Assembly: GCF_001457615.1 (NCBI RefSeq)
Contig: NZ_LN831024.1
Span: 6,240,001-6,272,000, forward strand
Length of the DNA stretch: 32,000 bases
Direction: 5' to 3'
Origin: Pseudomonas aeruginosa
GTDB lineage: Bacteria > Pseudomonadota > Gammaproteobacteria > Pseudomonadales > Pseudomonadaceae
The position numbers and the translations under genes were made by a program. The notes beneath the pieces are model-generated. The model saw nothing but the letters and a program-made list of their open reading frames with translations, searched no databases and was not told the origin of the DNA. Numbering within the stretch: the first letter of the stretch is position 1; each line of letters begins with the position of its first letter. Below, in pieces: positions 8,922 to 19,441 of the stretch.

Positions 8922-9779
8922 ATGCAAGAACTAAAACAACGCCTGGCCTCCCCGCCCGCCGAACTGACGCCCGCGGAGCGCAAGGTGGTGCGTGCCCTGC
9001 TCGATGACTACCCGCGCCTCGGCCTCGGTCCGATGACGCGCCTGGCCCGGCACGCCGGAGTCAGCGACCCGACGATCATGCGCCTGGTGAAAAAGCTCGG
9101 CTTCGCCGGCTACGGCGACTTCCAGGAAGCGCTGCTGGCCGACGTCGACGACCGCCTGCGCTCGCCGCGCACCCTGCTCGCCGAACGCCGCGAGCGGATG
9201 GGCCGCGACGACACCTGGGCGCGCTACCTCGACCAGGCTGGCCAGAGCCTGCAACAGACCCTCGGCCTGACCCGCCCCGATGACATCCAGCGCCTCGCCG
9301 ACTGGCTGCTCGACAGCCGCCTGCGCGTGCACTGCCACGGCGGACGCTTCAGCCGTTTCCTCGCCGGCTACCTGGTCACCCATCTGCGCCTGCTGCGCCC
9401 GCAGTGCCGATTGCTCGACGACGGCGCCCTGCTCCCCGACCAGCTCTACGACCTCGGCCGCCAGGACCTGCTGGTCCTGTTCGACTATCGCCGCTACCAG
9501 AGCCAGGCCCAGCACGTGGCCCAGGCCGCCAAGGCACGCGGCACACGGCTGGTGCTGTTCACCGACATCTACGCCTCGCCGCTGCGCGAACACGCCGACC
9601 TGATCGTCAGTTCGCCAGTGGAATCCGCCTCGCCCTTCGACTCGCTGGTGCCGGCCATGGCCCAGGTCGAGGCACTGGTAGCGACCCTGGTGGCGCGCAT
9701 GGGCGCGCCGCTCGACGAACGCCTGGAGGGCATCGACCAGCTCCGCAACGCGTTCAGCAGTCATATTCTGGAGGAATGA
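8922..9779 (+). CDS. RpiR-family transcriptional regulator (HTH plus SIS domain)
   Basis: 285 aa; LTPAERKVVRALLDDYPRLGLGPMTRLARHAGVSDPTIMRLVKKLGFAGYGDFQEALL. Confidence 0.9.
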   Translation: MQELKQRLASPPAELTPAERKVVRALLDDYPRLGLGPMTRLARHAGVSDPTIMRLVKKLGFAGYGDFQEALLADVDDRLRSPRTLLAERRERMGRDDTWARYLDQAGQSLQQTLGLTRPDDIQRLADWLLDSRLRVHCHGGRFSRFLAGYLVTHLRLLRPQCRLLDDGALLPDQLYDLGRQDLLVLFDYRRYQSQAQHVAQAAKARGTRLVLFTDIYASPLREHADLIVSSPVESASPFDSLVPAMAQVEALVATLVARMGAPLDERLEGIDQLRNAFSSHILEE

Positions 9780-9783
9780 CCCG

Positions 9784-10437
9784 ATGTTCAGCCTGCCCCA
9801 CCACTCGCCGCGCGACCTGCCATTCGGCCGCCGGCAGACCGCCATCCTGTTCGTCGACATGCAGCGTGCCTGGGTCGAGCCGGGGCGCGACCCGCACGTC
9901 GATCCGCAGGCAGCCGGTTACTTCTACGAGCGCGTGCAGAACCAGGTGATCCCCAACCAGCAGCGCCTGCTCAGGGCCATGCGCGCAGTGGACGAGAACG
10001 TCCTGCACACCGTCATCGAGAGCCTCACCGCCGATGGTCGCGACCGCTCGCTGGATCACAAGCTGTCGGAGATGCACCTGCCCAAGGGCAGCCCGGACGC
10101 CAGGGTGATCGACGCCCTGGAGCCGACCGCCAACGAGATCGTGCTGCCGAAGACTTCTTCCGGCGTTTTCAACTCCACCGCCATCGACTACGTACTGCGC
10201 AACCTCGGCACCCGCCACCTGATCGTCTGCGGGGTGGTCACCGACCAGTGCGTGGACATGGCCGTGCGCGATGCCGCCGACCGCGGTTACCTGGTCACCC
10301 TGGTCGAGGATGCCTGCGCCACCCATACCCCGGAACGCCACCAGGCCTGCCTGGAAGCGATCAAGGGCTACTGCTGGATCAGCGACACCGAGACCGTCCT
10401 GCAACGCATCGCCGCCCTCGGCCGGAGCAACCTGTGA
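9784..10437 (+). CDS. Cysteine hydrolase, isochorismatase-like
   Basis: 217 aa; FVDMQRAWVEPG, LPKTSSGVFNST, LIVCGVVTDQCVDMAVRDAADRGYLVTLVEDACATHT. Confidence 0.88.
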   Translation: MFSLPHHSPRDLPFGRRQTAILFVDMQRAWVEPGRDPHVDPQAAGYFYERVQNQVIPNQQRLLRAMRAVDENVLHTVIESLTADGRDRSLDHKLSEMHLPKGSPDARVIDALEPTANEIVLPKTSSGVFNSTAIDYVLRNLGTRHLIVCGVVTDQCVDMAVRDAADRGYLVTLVEDACATHTPERHQACLEAIKGYCWISDTETVLQRIAALGRSNL

Positions 10438-11765
10438 ACCGCCTGCAGCCGGTACGCCTGGTCAGCTTCGTCACCACCGACCTGGCCGGCATCACCCGCG
10501 GGCGTTCGCTGCCCCTGGCGACCCTGGAGGAGCAATTGGCCAGCGGTTGCGGCTGGGTACCGGCGAACAGCTCGCTGACCCCCCAGGACCTGATCGACGA
10601 GAGCAGCCCCTGGGGCAGCCACGGCGACCTGCGCCTGCTGCCCGACCCGAACAGCCGGGTGCGCGTCGAGCAGGGTCCCGACGCCGCTGCGCCGGCGCTC
10701 GACTACCTGCACGGCAACCTGGTGGAAACCGACGGCACGCCGTGGCCGGCCTGCCCGCGCAGCCTGCTGCGGGCCGAGGTGGAACGCTATCGCGACAGCG
10801 GCCTGCAGGTCATCGCGGCGTTCGAACACGAATTCAGCCTGCTCGGCCTGCCCGGCGAGCGTCCGGCCGCGGCGTTTTCGCTGCAGGCCCAGCGTGCCGC
10901 CGGGCAGTTCCCCGGCTGGCTGGTCAGCGCCCTGGCCCAGGCTGGCACCGAGCCGGAGATGTTCCTCCCCGAATACGGCCAGCGCCAGTACGAGGTCACC
11001 TGCCGCCCGGCGCAGGGCGTGGCCGCCGCCGACCGCGCGGTGAACGTCCGCGAGGTCACTCGCGAAGTGGCGCGACAGATGGGCCTGCGTACCTGCTTCG
11101 CACCGCTGCCGGCACCCGGCGCGGTGACCAACGGGGTGCACCTGCACCTGAGCCTGCAACATGCCGACGGTAGCCCGCTGCTGTACGAGCCCGGTCGACC
11201 CAACGATCTCTCCGAACTCGGCGAGCACTGGGCCGCCGGCGTGCTCGCGCACCTGCCAGCGCTGTGCGCGCTGACCGCGCCTACCGCCGCCTCCTACCTG
11301 CGCCTGAAACCCCACCACTGGAGCGCCGCCTACGCCTGCCTGGGACTGCGCAACCGCGAAGCGGCGCTGCGCATCTGCCCGGTGGTGAGCGTCGGCGGCA
11401 AGCCGCTGGGCAAGCAGTACAACCTGGAATTCCGGCCGATGGACGCCACCGCCTGTCCGCACCTGGCGATGGCCGCGGTGCTGATCGCCGGCCGCCTGGG
11501 CATCGAACGACGCCTGCCGCTGCGCGCCCTGGCCGATATCGATCCGCACGGCCTCAGCGACGAAGAGCGCCAGGCCCGCGGCATCCAGGCCCTGCCGGCG
11601 ACCCTCGGCGATGCGCTCGACTGCCTGCAACGCGACGAGGCGCTCTGTGCCGAGCTGCCAAAGCCGCTGCTGGACACCTACCTCGCCATGAAGCGCCACG
11701 AACTGGCGCTGACGGCGGGCCTTTCCGACGACGACCTGTGCCGCCACTATGCCGAGCTCTACTGA
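10434..11765 (+). CDS. Glutamine-synthetase-like protein (PauA / gamma-glutamyl-amine ligase type)
   Basis: 443 aa from GTG 10434 (overlaps upstream stop): FEHEFSLLG, TNGVHLHLSLQHADG, NREAALRICP...KQYNLEFRPMDATACPHLAMAAVL. Confidence 0.85.
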   Translation: MNRLQPVRLVSFVTTDLAGITRGRSLPLATLEEQLASGCGWVPANSSLTPQDLIDESSPWGSHGDLRLLPDPNSRVRVEQGPDAAAPALDYLHGNLVETDGTPWPACPRSLLRAEVERYRDSGLQVIAAFEHEFSLLGLPGERPAAAFSLQAQRAAGQFPGWLVSALAQAGTEPEMFLPEYGQRQYEVTCRPAQGVAAADRAVNVREVTREVARQMGLRTCFAPLPAPGAVTNGVHLHLSLQHADGSPLLYEPGRPNDLSELGEHWAAGVLAHLPALCALTAPTAASYLRLKPHHWSAAYACLGLRNREAALRICPVVSVGGKPLGKQYNLEFRPMDATACPHLAMAAVLIAGRLGIERRLPLRALADIDPHGLSDEERQARGIQALPATLGDALDCLQRDEALCAELPKPLLDTYLAMKRHELALTAGLSDDDLCRHYAELY

Positions 11766-12501
11766 CAACCCCGAACTCGGCATCTACCAGCTGCCGCCCT
11801 ACCACCTGCTCAATCCCCAAGGGCGCAGCCCGCTGGTCCTGGTCTGCGAGCATGCCAGCCGGCACATTCCGCTGGAGTTGCAGCGCCTCGGCCTGGACCA
11901 GGCCGCGGCGGAAGAACACATCGCCTGGGATATCGGCGCCCTGGCGCTGGCCGAAGAGCTTTCCCGGCGACTCGACGCGCCATTGCTGGCGGCCGGCTAC
12001 TCGCGTCTGCTGATCGACCTGAACCGACCGCTGGAGGCGCCCGACAGCATTCCGCCGCACAGCGAGGTCTACCCCGTTCCCGGCAACCGCGAGCTGTCCG
12101 AGACGGTGCGCCGCTATCGCCAGGATTGCCTGTTCCATCCGTTCCACCAGCGCCTGACGCAACTGCTCGACGAGCGCCAGGCCGCCGGCGTGCCGACCCG
12201 CGTGGTCGGCGTGCACAGTTTTACCCCGGTGTACCACGGCAGACCCCGCCCGCTGGTTGCCGGGGTGCTTTATCGCAACGCCGGCGCCTACGCCAGGCGC
12301 ATCCTCGACGGTTTGCGCCGGCACGGCCTGGAAGTCGCCGGCAACCAGCCCTATGCGATCGACCCGGCGGAAGACACTACCGTTCCGGTGCATGGCGACG
12401 CACGCGGTCTGGAAGCGGTGCTGCTGGAGATCCGCAACGATGGATTGCGCACGCCGGATGCGGTGTACGCCTGGGCCGAGCGTCTGTATCCCTGGCTCTG
12501 A
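11749..12501 (+). CDS. N-formylglutamate amidohydrolase family protein
   Basis: 250 aa; LVLVCEHASRHIPLELQ..., YSRLLIDLNRPLEAPDSIP..., ATG within 3' end of previous gene. Confidence 0.85.
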   Translation: MPSSTDNPELGIYQLPPYHLLNPQGRSPLVLVCEHASRHIPLELQRLGLDQAAAEEHIAWDIGALALAEELSRRLDAPLLAAGYSRLLIDLNRPLEAPDSIPPHSEVYPVPGNRELSETVRRYRQDCLFHPFHQRLTQLLDERQAAGVPTRVVGVHSFTPVYHGRPRPLVAGVLYRNAGAYARRILDGLRRHGLEVAGNQPYAIDPAEDTTVPVHGDARGLEAVLLEIRNDGLRTPDAVYAWAERLYPWL

Positions 12502-12602
12502 TGCGATGACCGGCGCCGCCGGTCGCCAACAACGAGAAAGAGGCCCGCTTCGCGTGCGGCGCCGATAACGACAATACGCTGCCTTTTCCCGAGGAGCCCG
12601 TC

Positions 12603-13952
12603 ATGGCCATCGAACAGTTCGGATACCGGCAACAGCTGCGCCGCAGCCTGTCCCTGAGCGACCTGATCATCTACGGGATGATCTTCATGATCCCCATCGC
12701 CCCGTTCGGGGTCTACGGCTGGGTCCATGCCGACGCCCACGGCATGGTGCCGATGGCCTACCTGGTGGGCATGCTGGCGATGCTCTTCACCGCCCTCAGC
12801 TACGGAGCCATGGCCAAGGCCTTTCCGATTGCCGGCTCGGTGTATTCCTACGCCCAGCGCGGCATCCACCCCCATGTCGGCTTCATCGCCGGCTGGGTGC
12901 TGCTGCTCGACTACCTGCTGATCCCGCCGCTGCTCTACGTGTTCAGCGCGCTGGCGCTGAACCACTTGTTCCCGGCGATCCCCAAGCTGGCCTGGATGCT
13001 GCTGTTCCTGGTCTCGGCGACCCTGGTCAACCTGCGCGGCATCACCTTCGCCGCCCGCGCCAACCTGTTGTTCCTGATCGGAGAGCTGGTGGTGCTGGCG
13101 ATCTTCCTGGTGGTCGGCTACCAGGCGCTGGAAGGCGGCCTGGGCAACGGCCGGCTGACCCTCGAACCGCTGTATCGCCCGGAAGCCTTCGATCTCGGCC
13201 TGGTAATGAAGGCCGCCTCGATCGCCGTACTGTCGTTCCTCGGCTTCGACGCCATCTCCACCCTCGCCGAGGAGGTCAAGGGCGATCCCGCCCGGCAGAT
13301 CGGCCGCGCCGCGCTGATCGCGCTGTTCATCATGGGCGGCATCTTCATCGCGCAGACCTGGCTGGCCACCGACCTCGCCGCCGGGATGAACTTCAAGTCG
13401 GCGGACACCGCCTTCTACGAGATCGCCGAAGCGGCCGGTGGCCAGTGGCTGTCGATGCTGACCGCGGTAGCCACCGCGCTGGCCTGGGGTGTCACGGTGT
13501 CGATCACCTCGCAGGCAGCGGTCTCGCGCCTGCTCTACTCGATGGCCCGCGACGGCAGGCTGCCGCGCGCGCTGGCCAGGGTCCATCCGCGCTACCAGAC
13601 GCCGCACGTCAGCCTGTACCTGGTGGCGGTGCTGTCGCTGGGAATCGGCTGGGCCTTCCTCGACGCACCGGACGTGCTCACCTCACTGGTGAACTTCGGT
13701 GCCCTCACCGGCTTCTGCCTGCTGCACCTGAGCGTGATCAACCACTACTACCGCCGCCAGCGCTCCGGCCAGTGGTTGCGGCATCTACTGTTCCCGCTGG
13801 TGGGCCTGGCGATCATCGCCTACGTGCTGTACAGCATGAGCCTCGACGCACAGTTGCTCGGACTGGCCTGGATCGCGGTGGGGCTGGTCTACCTGGCGTT
13901 GCTGCAACGCGGCGGGCGCCAGGCGCCAACGGAGTTGGCGAAGGATCTCTGA
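12603..13952 (+). CDS. APC-family amino acid/amine permease
   Basis: 449 aa with about 12 hydrophobic segments; GSVYSYAQRGIHPHVGFIAGWVLLLDYLLIPPLLY. Confidence 0.88.
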   Translation: MAIEQFGYRQQLRRSLSLSDLIIYGMIFMIPIAPFGVYGWVHADAHGMVPMAYLVGMLAMLFTALSYGAMAKAFPIAGSVYSYAQRGIHPHVGFIAGWVLLLDYLLIPPLLYVFSALALNHLFPAIPKLAWMLLFLVSATLVNLRGITFAARANLLFLIGELVVLAIFLVVGYQALEGGLGNGRLTLEPLYRPEAFDLGLVMKAASIAVLSFLGFDAISTLAEEVKGDPARQIGRAALIALFIMGGIFIAQTWLATDLAAGMNFKSADTAFYEIAEAAGGQWLSMLTAVATALAWGVTVSITSQAAVSRLLYSMARDGRLPRALARVHPRYQTPHVSLYLVAVLSLGIGWAFLDAPDVLTSLVNFGALTGFCLLHLSVINHYYRRQRSGQWLRHLLFPLVGLAIIAYVLYSMSLDAQLLGLAWIAVGLVYLALLQRGGRQAPTELAKDL

Positions 13953-13970
13953 CGCCTCGCGAGGACTGGT

Positions 13971-15314
13971 TCAGGCCGGCTCTTCGCCGACGAAATCGCT
14001 GCGGCTGAGGCCATGCCGCAGCATCTTTTCGTTGAGTGTCCGGCGCGGCAGTTGCAGCAACTCCATCACCGCCTTGATATCCCCGCGGCACTGGCCGAGC
14101 GCCTGGCGCAGGCACTCCGCCTCGAAGGCTTCCATGCGTTCCGCCAGCCCCGAGGTGAGGCCGCCGCCTTCCTCGGCGTCCCCACGCTCCAGGCCGAGGA
14201 CATGGCGCTCGGCGGCGTTGGCCAGCTCGCGTACATTGCCCGGCCAGTCGTGGGCCATCAGCCGCGCCAGTTCCGCCGGCGCGGCGGGCTGCGGCTCGCG
14301 GCCGAGGCGCTGGCTGGCAACGCTGGCGAAATGTTCGAAGAGCAGCGGGATGTCCTCGCGACGCTCGCGGATCGGCGGCAGGCGCAGCTCGGCGACGTTC
14401 AGGCGATACACCAGGTCCTCGCGGAAGCGTCCGGCACGTGCTTCGGCCAGCAGGTCGGGCTTGGTCGCGGCAATCACCCGCAGGTCGACGTGGATACTCT
14501 GGTTCGAGCCAAGCCGCTCCAGTTGCTGCTCCTGCAGGACGCGCAGCAGCTTGACCTGCTGCGCCAACGGCATGCTTTCGATCTCGTCGAGGAACAGGGT
14601 GCCGCCATGGGCATGCTCGAGCTTGCCGATGCGCTTGCCCTGCGCGCCGGTGAAGGCGCCGCTCTCATGACCGAACAGCTCGCTCTCGAACAATTGCTCG
14701 GGAATCGCCGCGCAGTTCAGCGCCACGAACGGCTTGTCGGCGCGCGGCCCGAAGTCGTGCAGGCAGCGGGCAACCAGTTCCTTGCCGCTGCCGGTCTCGC
14801 CACGGATCAGGACGTTCACCGGGGTCGGCGCCAGGGCCAGAACCTGCCGGCGCAACGCTTCCATCGGCTTGGACACGCCGAGCAGACGCGCATCGACCTG
14901 GTCCTTGAGACTGGCCTGCTCCTTCAGGCGCCGATTCTCCAGCACCAGGCGGCGCTTTTCCAGCGCGCGCCGCAAACTGCCGAGCAGGCGCTCGGGCGTG
15001 AAGGGTTTCTCGATGAAGTCGTAGGCACCCTGGCGCATGGCCTCCACCGCCATCGGCACGTCGCCGTGCCCGGTGACCATGATCACCGGCAGGTCGCGAT
15101 CGACCGCCTGCAGGTTGGCGAGCAGTTGCAGGCCGTCCATGCCGGGCATGCGCACATCGCTGATGACCACCCCGGCGAAGGACTTGTCCAACGCTCCCAG
15201 GCATTCCTCGGCGCGCAGGCACAGGCGCACCTCGAAGCCCGACAGCTCCAGCCATTGCTGCACCGCTTCGCGGATCGTCGCTTCGTCGTCGACGAAGATC
15301 ACCTGGTCGCTCAT
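13971..15314 (-). CDS. mifR: Sigma54-dependent response regulator MifR
   Basis: 447 aa; receiver domain [22 protein letters not shown]+ with GESGAFTGA and GGTLFLDEI, Fis-type C-terminus. Confidence 0.9.
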   Translation of the reverse strand: MSDQVIFVDDEATIREAVQQWLELSGFEVRLCLRAEECLGALDKSFAGVVISDVRMPGMDGLQLLANLQAVDRDLPVIMVTGHGDVPMAVEAMRQGAYDFIEKPFTPERLLGSLRRALEKRRLVLENRRLKEQASLKDQVDARLLGVSKPMEALRRQVLALAPTPVNVLIRGETGSGKELVARCLHDFGPRADKPFVALNCAAIPEQLFESELFGHESGAFTGAQGKRIGKLEHAHGGTLFLDEIESMPLAQQVKLLRVLQEQQLERLGSNQSIHVDLRVIAATKPDLLAEARAGRFREDLVYRLNVAELRLPPIRERREDIPLLFEHFASVASQRLGREPQPAAPAELARLMAHDWPGNVRELANAAERHVLGLERGDAEEGGGLTSGLAERMEAFEAECLRQALGQCRGDIKAVMELLQLPRRTLNEKMLRHGLSRSDFVGEEPA

Positions 15315-17077
15315 GTCGTTACGCTCGTGTCATCGGGGGCCGCCGGCAGGATCAGGCTGAACACCGCTCCCGCCTCGGCATTGGCGACCTGCAGGCGGCC
15401 GCCGAGTTCGTGGACGATCCCATAGGATACCGCCAGGCCGAGGCCGAGTCCCTCTCCCACCGGCTTGGTGGTGAAGAACGGATCGAAGACGCTGCCCAGG
15501 TGCTCGGCGGGAATCCCGCCGCCGTTGTCGGCGACGCTCAGCACCCAGTCGCCGCCAAGCCGTTGCAGGGCCAGGCGGATCCATGGCCGCTCCTGGCCGG
15601 CAACGGCATCCAGTGCGTTGCGCAGCAGGTTGACCAGCACCTGTTCCAGGCGGATCGCGTCACCCATCACCCAGGCCGGCCAGAGCAGCGCCTGCTCGAT
15701 CTCCACCCGTTCGGCGCGGATTCGCGGCAGCAACAACTGCTGCGCCTGTTCGACCACGTGACCCAACTCGATACGCTCGCGCAGGCCGCCGGCGCTCTTG
15801 CGCGCGAAGGTCTTCAGGTGGCCGGTGAGCGCGGCCATGCGTTCGAGCATCTGGTCGATGCGCGGCAACGCCTGGCGCGCCTCGTCGTGGCGTCCGGCGT
15901 CGAGCAGCAGGCGCAGGCTGGCCAGTTGCATGCGCTGGGCGGTGAGCGGCTGGTTGATCTCATGGGCCAGGGCTGCCGACATCTGCCCCAGGGCGGCCAG
16001 CTTGGCCGCCTGCACCAGGCCGTCCTGCGCGGTACGCAGGTCGGCGGTGCGCTGCTCGACCAGGCGCTCCAGCTCCTCCCGGCTACGTTGCCGCAGGCGG
16101 GCGATACGCCAGCGCTGGTGCAGGAACAAGCCGAGGAAGACCAGCGCCAGCCAGGTGCCGGCGGCGGCCAGGCGCGCGGTGGCGACGTCGTCCTGGATGC
16201 TCGCGGTGTCGCGCAGCAAGTGGAGGGTCCAGCCGTCGTTGGGCAGGTCCAGCGATTGCCAGAGGTAGTCCTTCTCGCCGTCGGCGCTTTCCACCCGCGC
16301 CAGACGGCTGTCTTCGCCGTAGCTGCGCAAGGTCTGGTGGCGCAGGGGTGTCAGGGGCTGGCGATCGTATTGCCGGGTCTCCGCCAGTTCGAAGCGGTCC
16401 ACGGTATCCAGCGGTTCCAGTTCGCGGTAGCGCCAACCGGCGTGGTTGGCGAGGAACACGATGCCCTTGGCGTCGCTGGCCAGGACCAGGTCGGGGGTCT
16501 GGTTCCACTGCCGTTCCAGATCGGGAAACTCCAGCTTGACCACGATTGCGCCCAGGAAGCTGCCGTCCTCGGCGCGCACCGCGTGGGACAGGAAATAACC
16601 GGGAATCCCGCTGATCACCCCGACCGCATAGAAACGTCCGGAGCCTTGGGCGATGGTCTGGCGGAAATAGGGACGGAAACCGTAATTGTGGCCCACGTAG
16701 CTGGTCGGCAGGTTCCAGTTGCTCGCCGCCACGGCCAGCCCGGTACGGTCGAGCAGCTCCAGGGTGGAGGAGCGGGCGGCCAGGTTGATGCTTTCCAGCT
16801 TGAGGTTGAGGCGCTGCTGCAACTCGCCGTCGATCGGCCCGGCCAGCGCCGCGCGCAGGTCCGGATCCAGCGCCAGTACCGCCGGCAGGCTGCGGAAGCG
16901 TTCGATCAGGGTCTGCAGCGAGCCGGCGTAGAGGTCCAGCTGCTTGCGCACCTGTTCGCCCTCGGCGCGTAGCGCCTGCTGCCGCGCCTGGCGACCCGCC
17001 CAGTCCATGGACAGCAGCAGGCCGCCGAGCAGCGGCAGCAACAGCAGGAACAGGCGCAGCGGACGGGACAAGGACAT
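15311..17077 (-). CDS. mifS: Membrane sensor histidine kinase MifS (DctB-like)
   Basis: 588 aa; N-terminal TM and periplasmic sensor, [54 protein letters not shown]. Confidence 0.9.
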   Translation of the reverse strand: MSLSRPLRLFLLLLPLLGGLLLSMDWAGRQARQQALRAEGEQVRKQLDLYAGSLQTLIERFRSLPAVLALDPDLRAALAGPIDGELQQRLNLKLESINLAARSSTLELLDRTGLAVAASNWNLPTSYVGHNYGFRPYFRQTIAQGSGRFYAVGVISGIPGYFLSHAVRAEDGSFLGAIVVKLEFPDLERQWNQTPDLVLASDAKGIVFLANHAGWRYRELEPLDTVDRFELAETRQYDRQPLTPLRHQTLRSYGEDSRLARVESADGEKDYLWQSLDLPNDGWTLHLLRDTASIQDDVATARLAAAGTWLALVFLGLFLHQRWRIARLRQRSREELERLVEQRTADLRTAQDGLVQAAKLAALGQMSAALAHEINQPLTAQRMQLASLRLLLDAGRHDEARQALPRIDQMLERMAALTGHLKTFARKSAGGLRERIELGHVVEQAQQLLLPRIRAERVEIEQALLWPAWVMGDAIRLEQVLVNLLRNALDAVAGQERPWIRLALQRLGGDWVLSVADNGGGIPAEHLGSVFDPFFTTKPVGEGLGLGLAVSYGIVHELGGRLQVANAEAGAVFSLILPAAPDDTSVTT

Positions 17078-17158
17078 CGGCGGATCGAAACGGCGGCGGG
17101 AAGCGGCGACGATAGCACGGCGCCCGGTTACACTGCGCGCCGTACGAGGAGTCCGCCC

Positions 17159-18037
17159 ATGTCGCTATCCCCCTGGTCCCATTCCTGCTCGGCCGGTTTC
17201 ACCCTGCGCGGCTGGCGCAGCGAACCGAGCGGCAAGCCGTTGCTGCATTTCCTCCATGGCAACGGCTTCTGCGGCCGCACCTACGAACCGATGCTGCGTC
17301 TGTTGGCGGAGGATTTCGACCTCTGGCTGTGCGACATCCAGGGCCACGGCGAAAGCGACCACGGCGGCCGCTTCCACGGCTGGAACCGCAACGCCGAGAT
17401 GGCGGTGGAGGCCTTCGAGGCCGGGCGCGGTCCCTATGGAGATGTCCAGCGACTGGCCTGCGGGCACAGCTTCGGCGGCGTCCTCAGCAGCCTCGTCCTG
17501 GCCCGCCATCCCACCCTGTTCGCCCGCGCCGTGCTGCTCGACCCGGTACTGTTCACCCCGGCGATGATCGGCGTGATGGCACTTTCCGAGACCCTCGGCC
17601 TGCAATTGCGCGGCAGCCTGGCGAAGAAGGCGCGCCTGCGCCGCAGCCAGTGGCCCGATCGCGCAGCCGCCTACGCCGGCTTGCGCGGCCGCGGTATCTT
17701 CAAGGGCTGGACCGACGAGGCGCTGTGGGCCTACGTGGAATATGCGCTGAAGGAGAGCGACGGCGGAGTCGAGCTGAAGTGCCGGCCAAGCCGCGAAGCG
17801 GAGATCTTCAGCTCCTTCCCCAGGCGGCTGTGGCCGTCGCTGGGCAAGATCACCACGCCGACCCGCGTGCTCTACGGTGACCGCACCTACCCTTTCGTCG
17901 CCAAGTCGGTGGCGCGCTGGTGCTCGCTCAACCCCCAGGTCAGCGCCCACGTGGTGGTCGGCGGCCACTGCTTCATGCAGGAAGACCCGGCCGATGCCGC
18001 CGAACGCGTACGCGACTTTCTCCTGCCCAATCCATGA
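17159..18037 (+). CDS. Alpha/beta hydrolase
   Basis: 292 aa; FLHGNGFCGRTYEPM, ACGHSFGGVLS nucleophile elbow, late His in VVVGGHCFMQEDP. Confidence 0.88.
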   Translation: MSLSPWSHSCSAGFTLRGWRSEPSGKPLLHFLHGNGFCGRTYEPMLRLLAEDFDLWLCDIQGHGESDHGGRFHGWNRNAEMAVEAFEAGRGPYGDVQRLACGHSFGGVLSSLVLARHPTLFARAVLLDPVLFTPAMIGVMALSETLGLQLRGSLAKKARLRRSQWPDRAAAYAGLRGRGIFKGWTDEALWAYVEYALKESDGGVELKCRPSREAEIFSSFPRRLWPSLGKITTPTRVLYGDRTYPFVAKSVARWCSLNPQVSAHVVVGGHCFMQEDPADAAERVRDFLLPNP

Positions 18038-18107
18038 ACGCTCCTTCCGTGGGGAATCCGGCGCTCATCCATCGGTCCCAGGGAGGATGACCCCACAGGA
18101 CCGAGCC

Positions 18108-18896
18108 ATGCGCCCTCTCCTCTTCAGTGCCCTTCTCCTGCTTTCCGGGCATACCCAGGCCAGCGAATGGAACGACAGCCAGGCCGTGGACAAGCTATTC
18201 GGCGCGGCCGGGGTGAAAGGCACCTTCGTCCTCTACGATGTGCAGCGGCAGCGCTATGTCGGCCATGACCGGGAGCGCGCGGAAACCCGCTTCGTTCCCG
18301 CTTCCACCTACAAGGTGGCGAACAGCCTGATCGGCTTATCCACAGGGGCGGTTAGATCCGCCGACGAGGTTCTTCCCTATGGCGGCAAGCCCCAGCGCTT
18401 CAAGGCCTGGGAGCACGACATGAGCCTGCGCGAGGCGATCAAGGCATCGAACGTACCGGTCTACCAGGAACTGGCGCGGCGCATCGGCCTGGAGCGGATG
18501 CGCGCCAATGTCTCGCGCCTGGGTTACGGCAACGCGGAAATCGGCCAGGTTGTGGATAACTTCTGGTTGGTGGGACCGCTGAAGATCAGCGCGATGGAAC
18601 AGACCCGCTTTCTGCTCCGACTGGCGCAGGGAGAATTGCCATTCCCCGCCCCGGTGCAGTCCACCGTGCGCGCCATGACCCTGCTGGAAAGCGGCCCGGG
18701 CTGGGAGCTGCACGGCAAGACCGGCTGGTGCTTCGACTGCACGCCGGAACTCGGCTGGTGGGTGGGCTGGGTGAAGCGCAACGAGCGGCTCTACGGCTTC
18801 GCCCTGAACATCGACATGCCCGGCGGCGAGGCCGACATCGGCAAGCGCGTCGAACTGGGCAAGGCCAGTCTCAAGGCTCTCGGGATACTGCCCTGA
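18108..18896 (+). CDS. blaOXA: Class D beta-lactamase, OXA-50 family (PoxB)
   Basis: 262 aa; MRPLLFSALLLLSGHTQASEWNDSQAVDKLFGAAG, STYK, YGN, KTGW motifs. Exact allele not assigned. Confidence 0.93.
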   Translation: MRPLLFSALLLLSGHTQASEWNDSQAVDKLFGAAGVKGTFVLYDVQRQRYVGHDRERAETRFVPASTYKVANSLIGLSTGAVRSADEVLPYGGKPQRFKAWEHDMSLREAIKASNVPVYQELARRIGLERMRANVSRLGYGNAEIGQVVDNFWLVGPLKISAMEQTRFLLRLAQGELPFPAPVQSTVRAMTLLESGPGWELHGKTGWCFDCTPELGWWVGWVKRNERLYGFALNIDMPGGEADIGKRVELGKASLKALGILP

Positions 18897-18908
18897 CGCT
18901 CTGCCGCC

Positions 18909-19316
18909 TCAGTCGCCGACCTTTTTCTGCCGGGACTGCCGCCACTCGTCGAGGCGAATCACCTCGGCGCTATGCACCGGCGGGTTGTCGACCTCGGCGG
19001 CCGCCTCGAAGCGATGCGGGGCCAATTCGATGGCGCCGAGGTGATAGCCATACATGACGATGCGCCCGGCGTAGCGTTCCTCGCCGCTGACGGTGAATTC
19101 GAAACCGAACTCGCGGCTCAGCCGCCACTGACCACGGTGGTCACGGGCCAGGCGCAGGCGCCGGCGCGCGACATTCTCGTCGAGCAGTTCCACGCCCTGC
19201 TTGGCGCAATGCTGCTTGGCCAGCAGCAACGCCCGCTCGCGTACGCCATGGGCGCGCCACCACCAGGCTGCGGCGGCGCCCAACAGGAGCATGACGAAAA
19301 GGTTACCCAGGGTCAC
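18909..19316 (-). CDS. DUF3301-family single-TM protein (start GTG 19316 proposed)
   Basis: VTLGNLFVMLLLGAAAAWWWRAHGVRERALLLAKQHCAKQGVELLDENVARRRLRLARDHRG. Confidence 0.75.
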   Translation of the reverse strand: MTLGNLFVMLLLGAAAAWWWRAHGVRERALLLAKQHCAKQGVELLDENVARRRLRLARDHRGQWRLSREFGFEFTVSGEERYAGRIVMYGYHLGAIELAPHRFEAAAEVDNPPVHSAEVIRLDEWRQSRQKKVGD

Positions 19317-19441
19317 GAGCGGAATCCGGTGTAGGGGGACGGCCAGCTTACCCGTTCTCCCGGCAGGCAGCGAGTGGGGGGTGTTTTCGCCATGTGAATT
19401 AGCCCCCATACTGCGCCGACTCAGCTGTAGGAAGTCGTCTC

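Noticed and set aside
13953-13970. Terminator between the APC permease and mifR convergent ends
   Set aside because: Only 18 bp between stop codons and no convincing stem-loop with T tract.
14013-16972. Plus-strand ORFs of 470 aa (14013-15425) and 520 aa (15410-16972)
   Set aside because: Antisense frames of mifR and mifS, typical of high-GC third-position bias; protein composition (Gln/Ala/His/Val-rich) is not credible.
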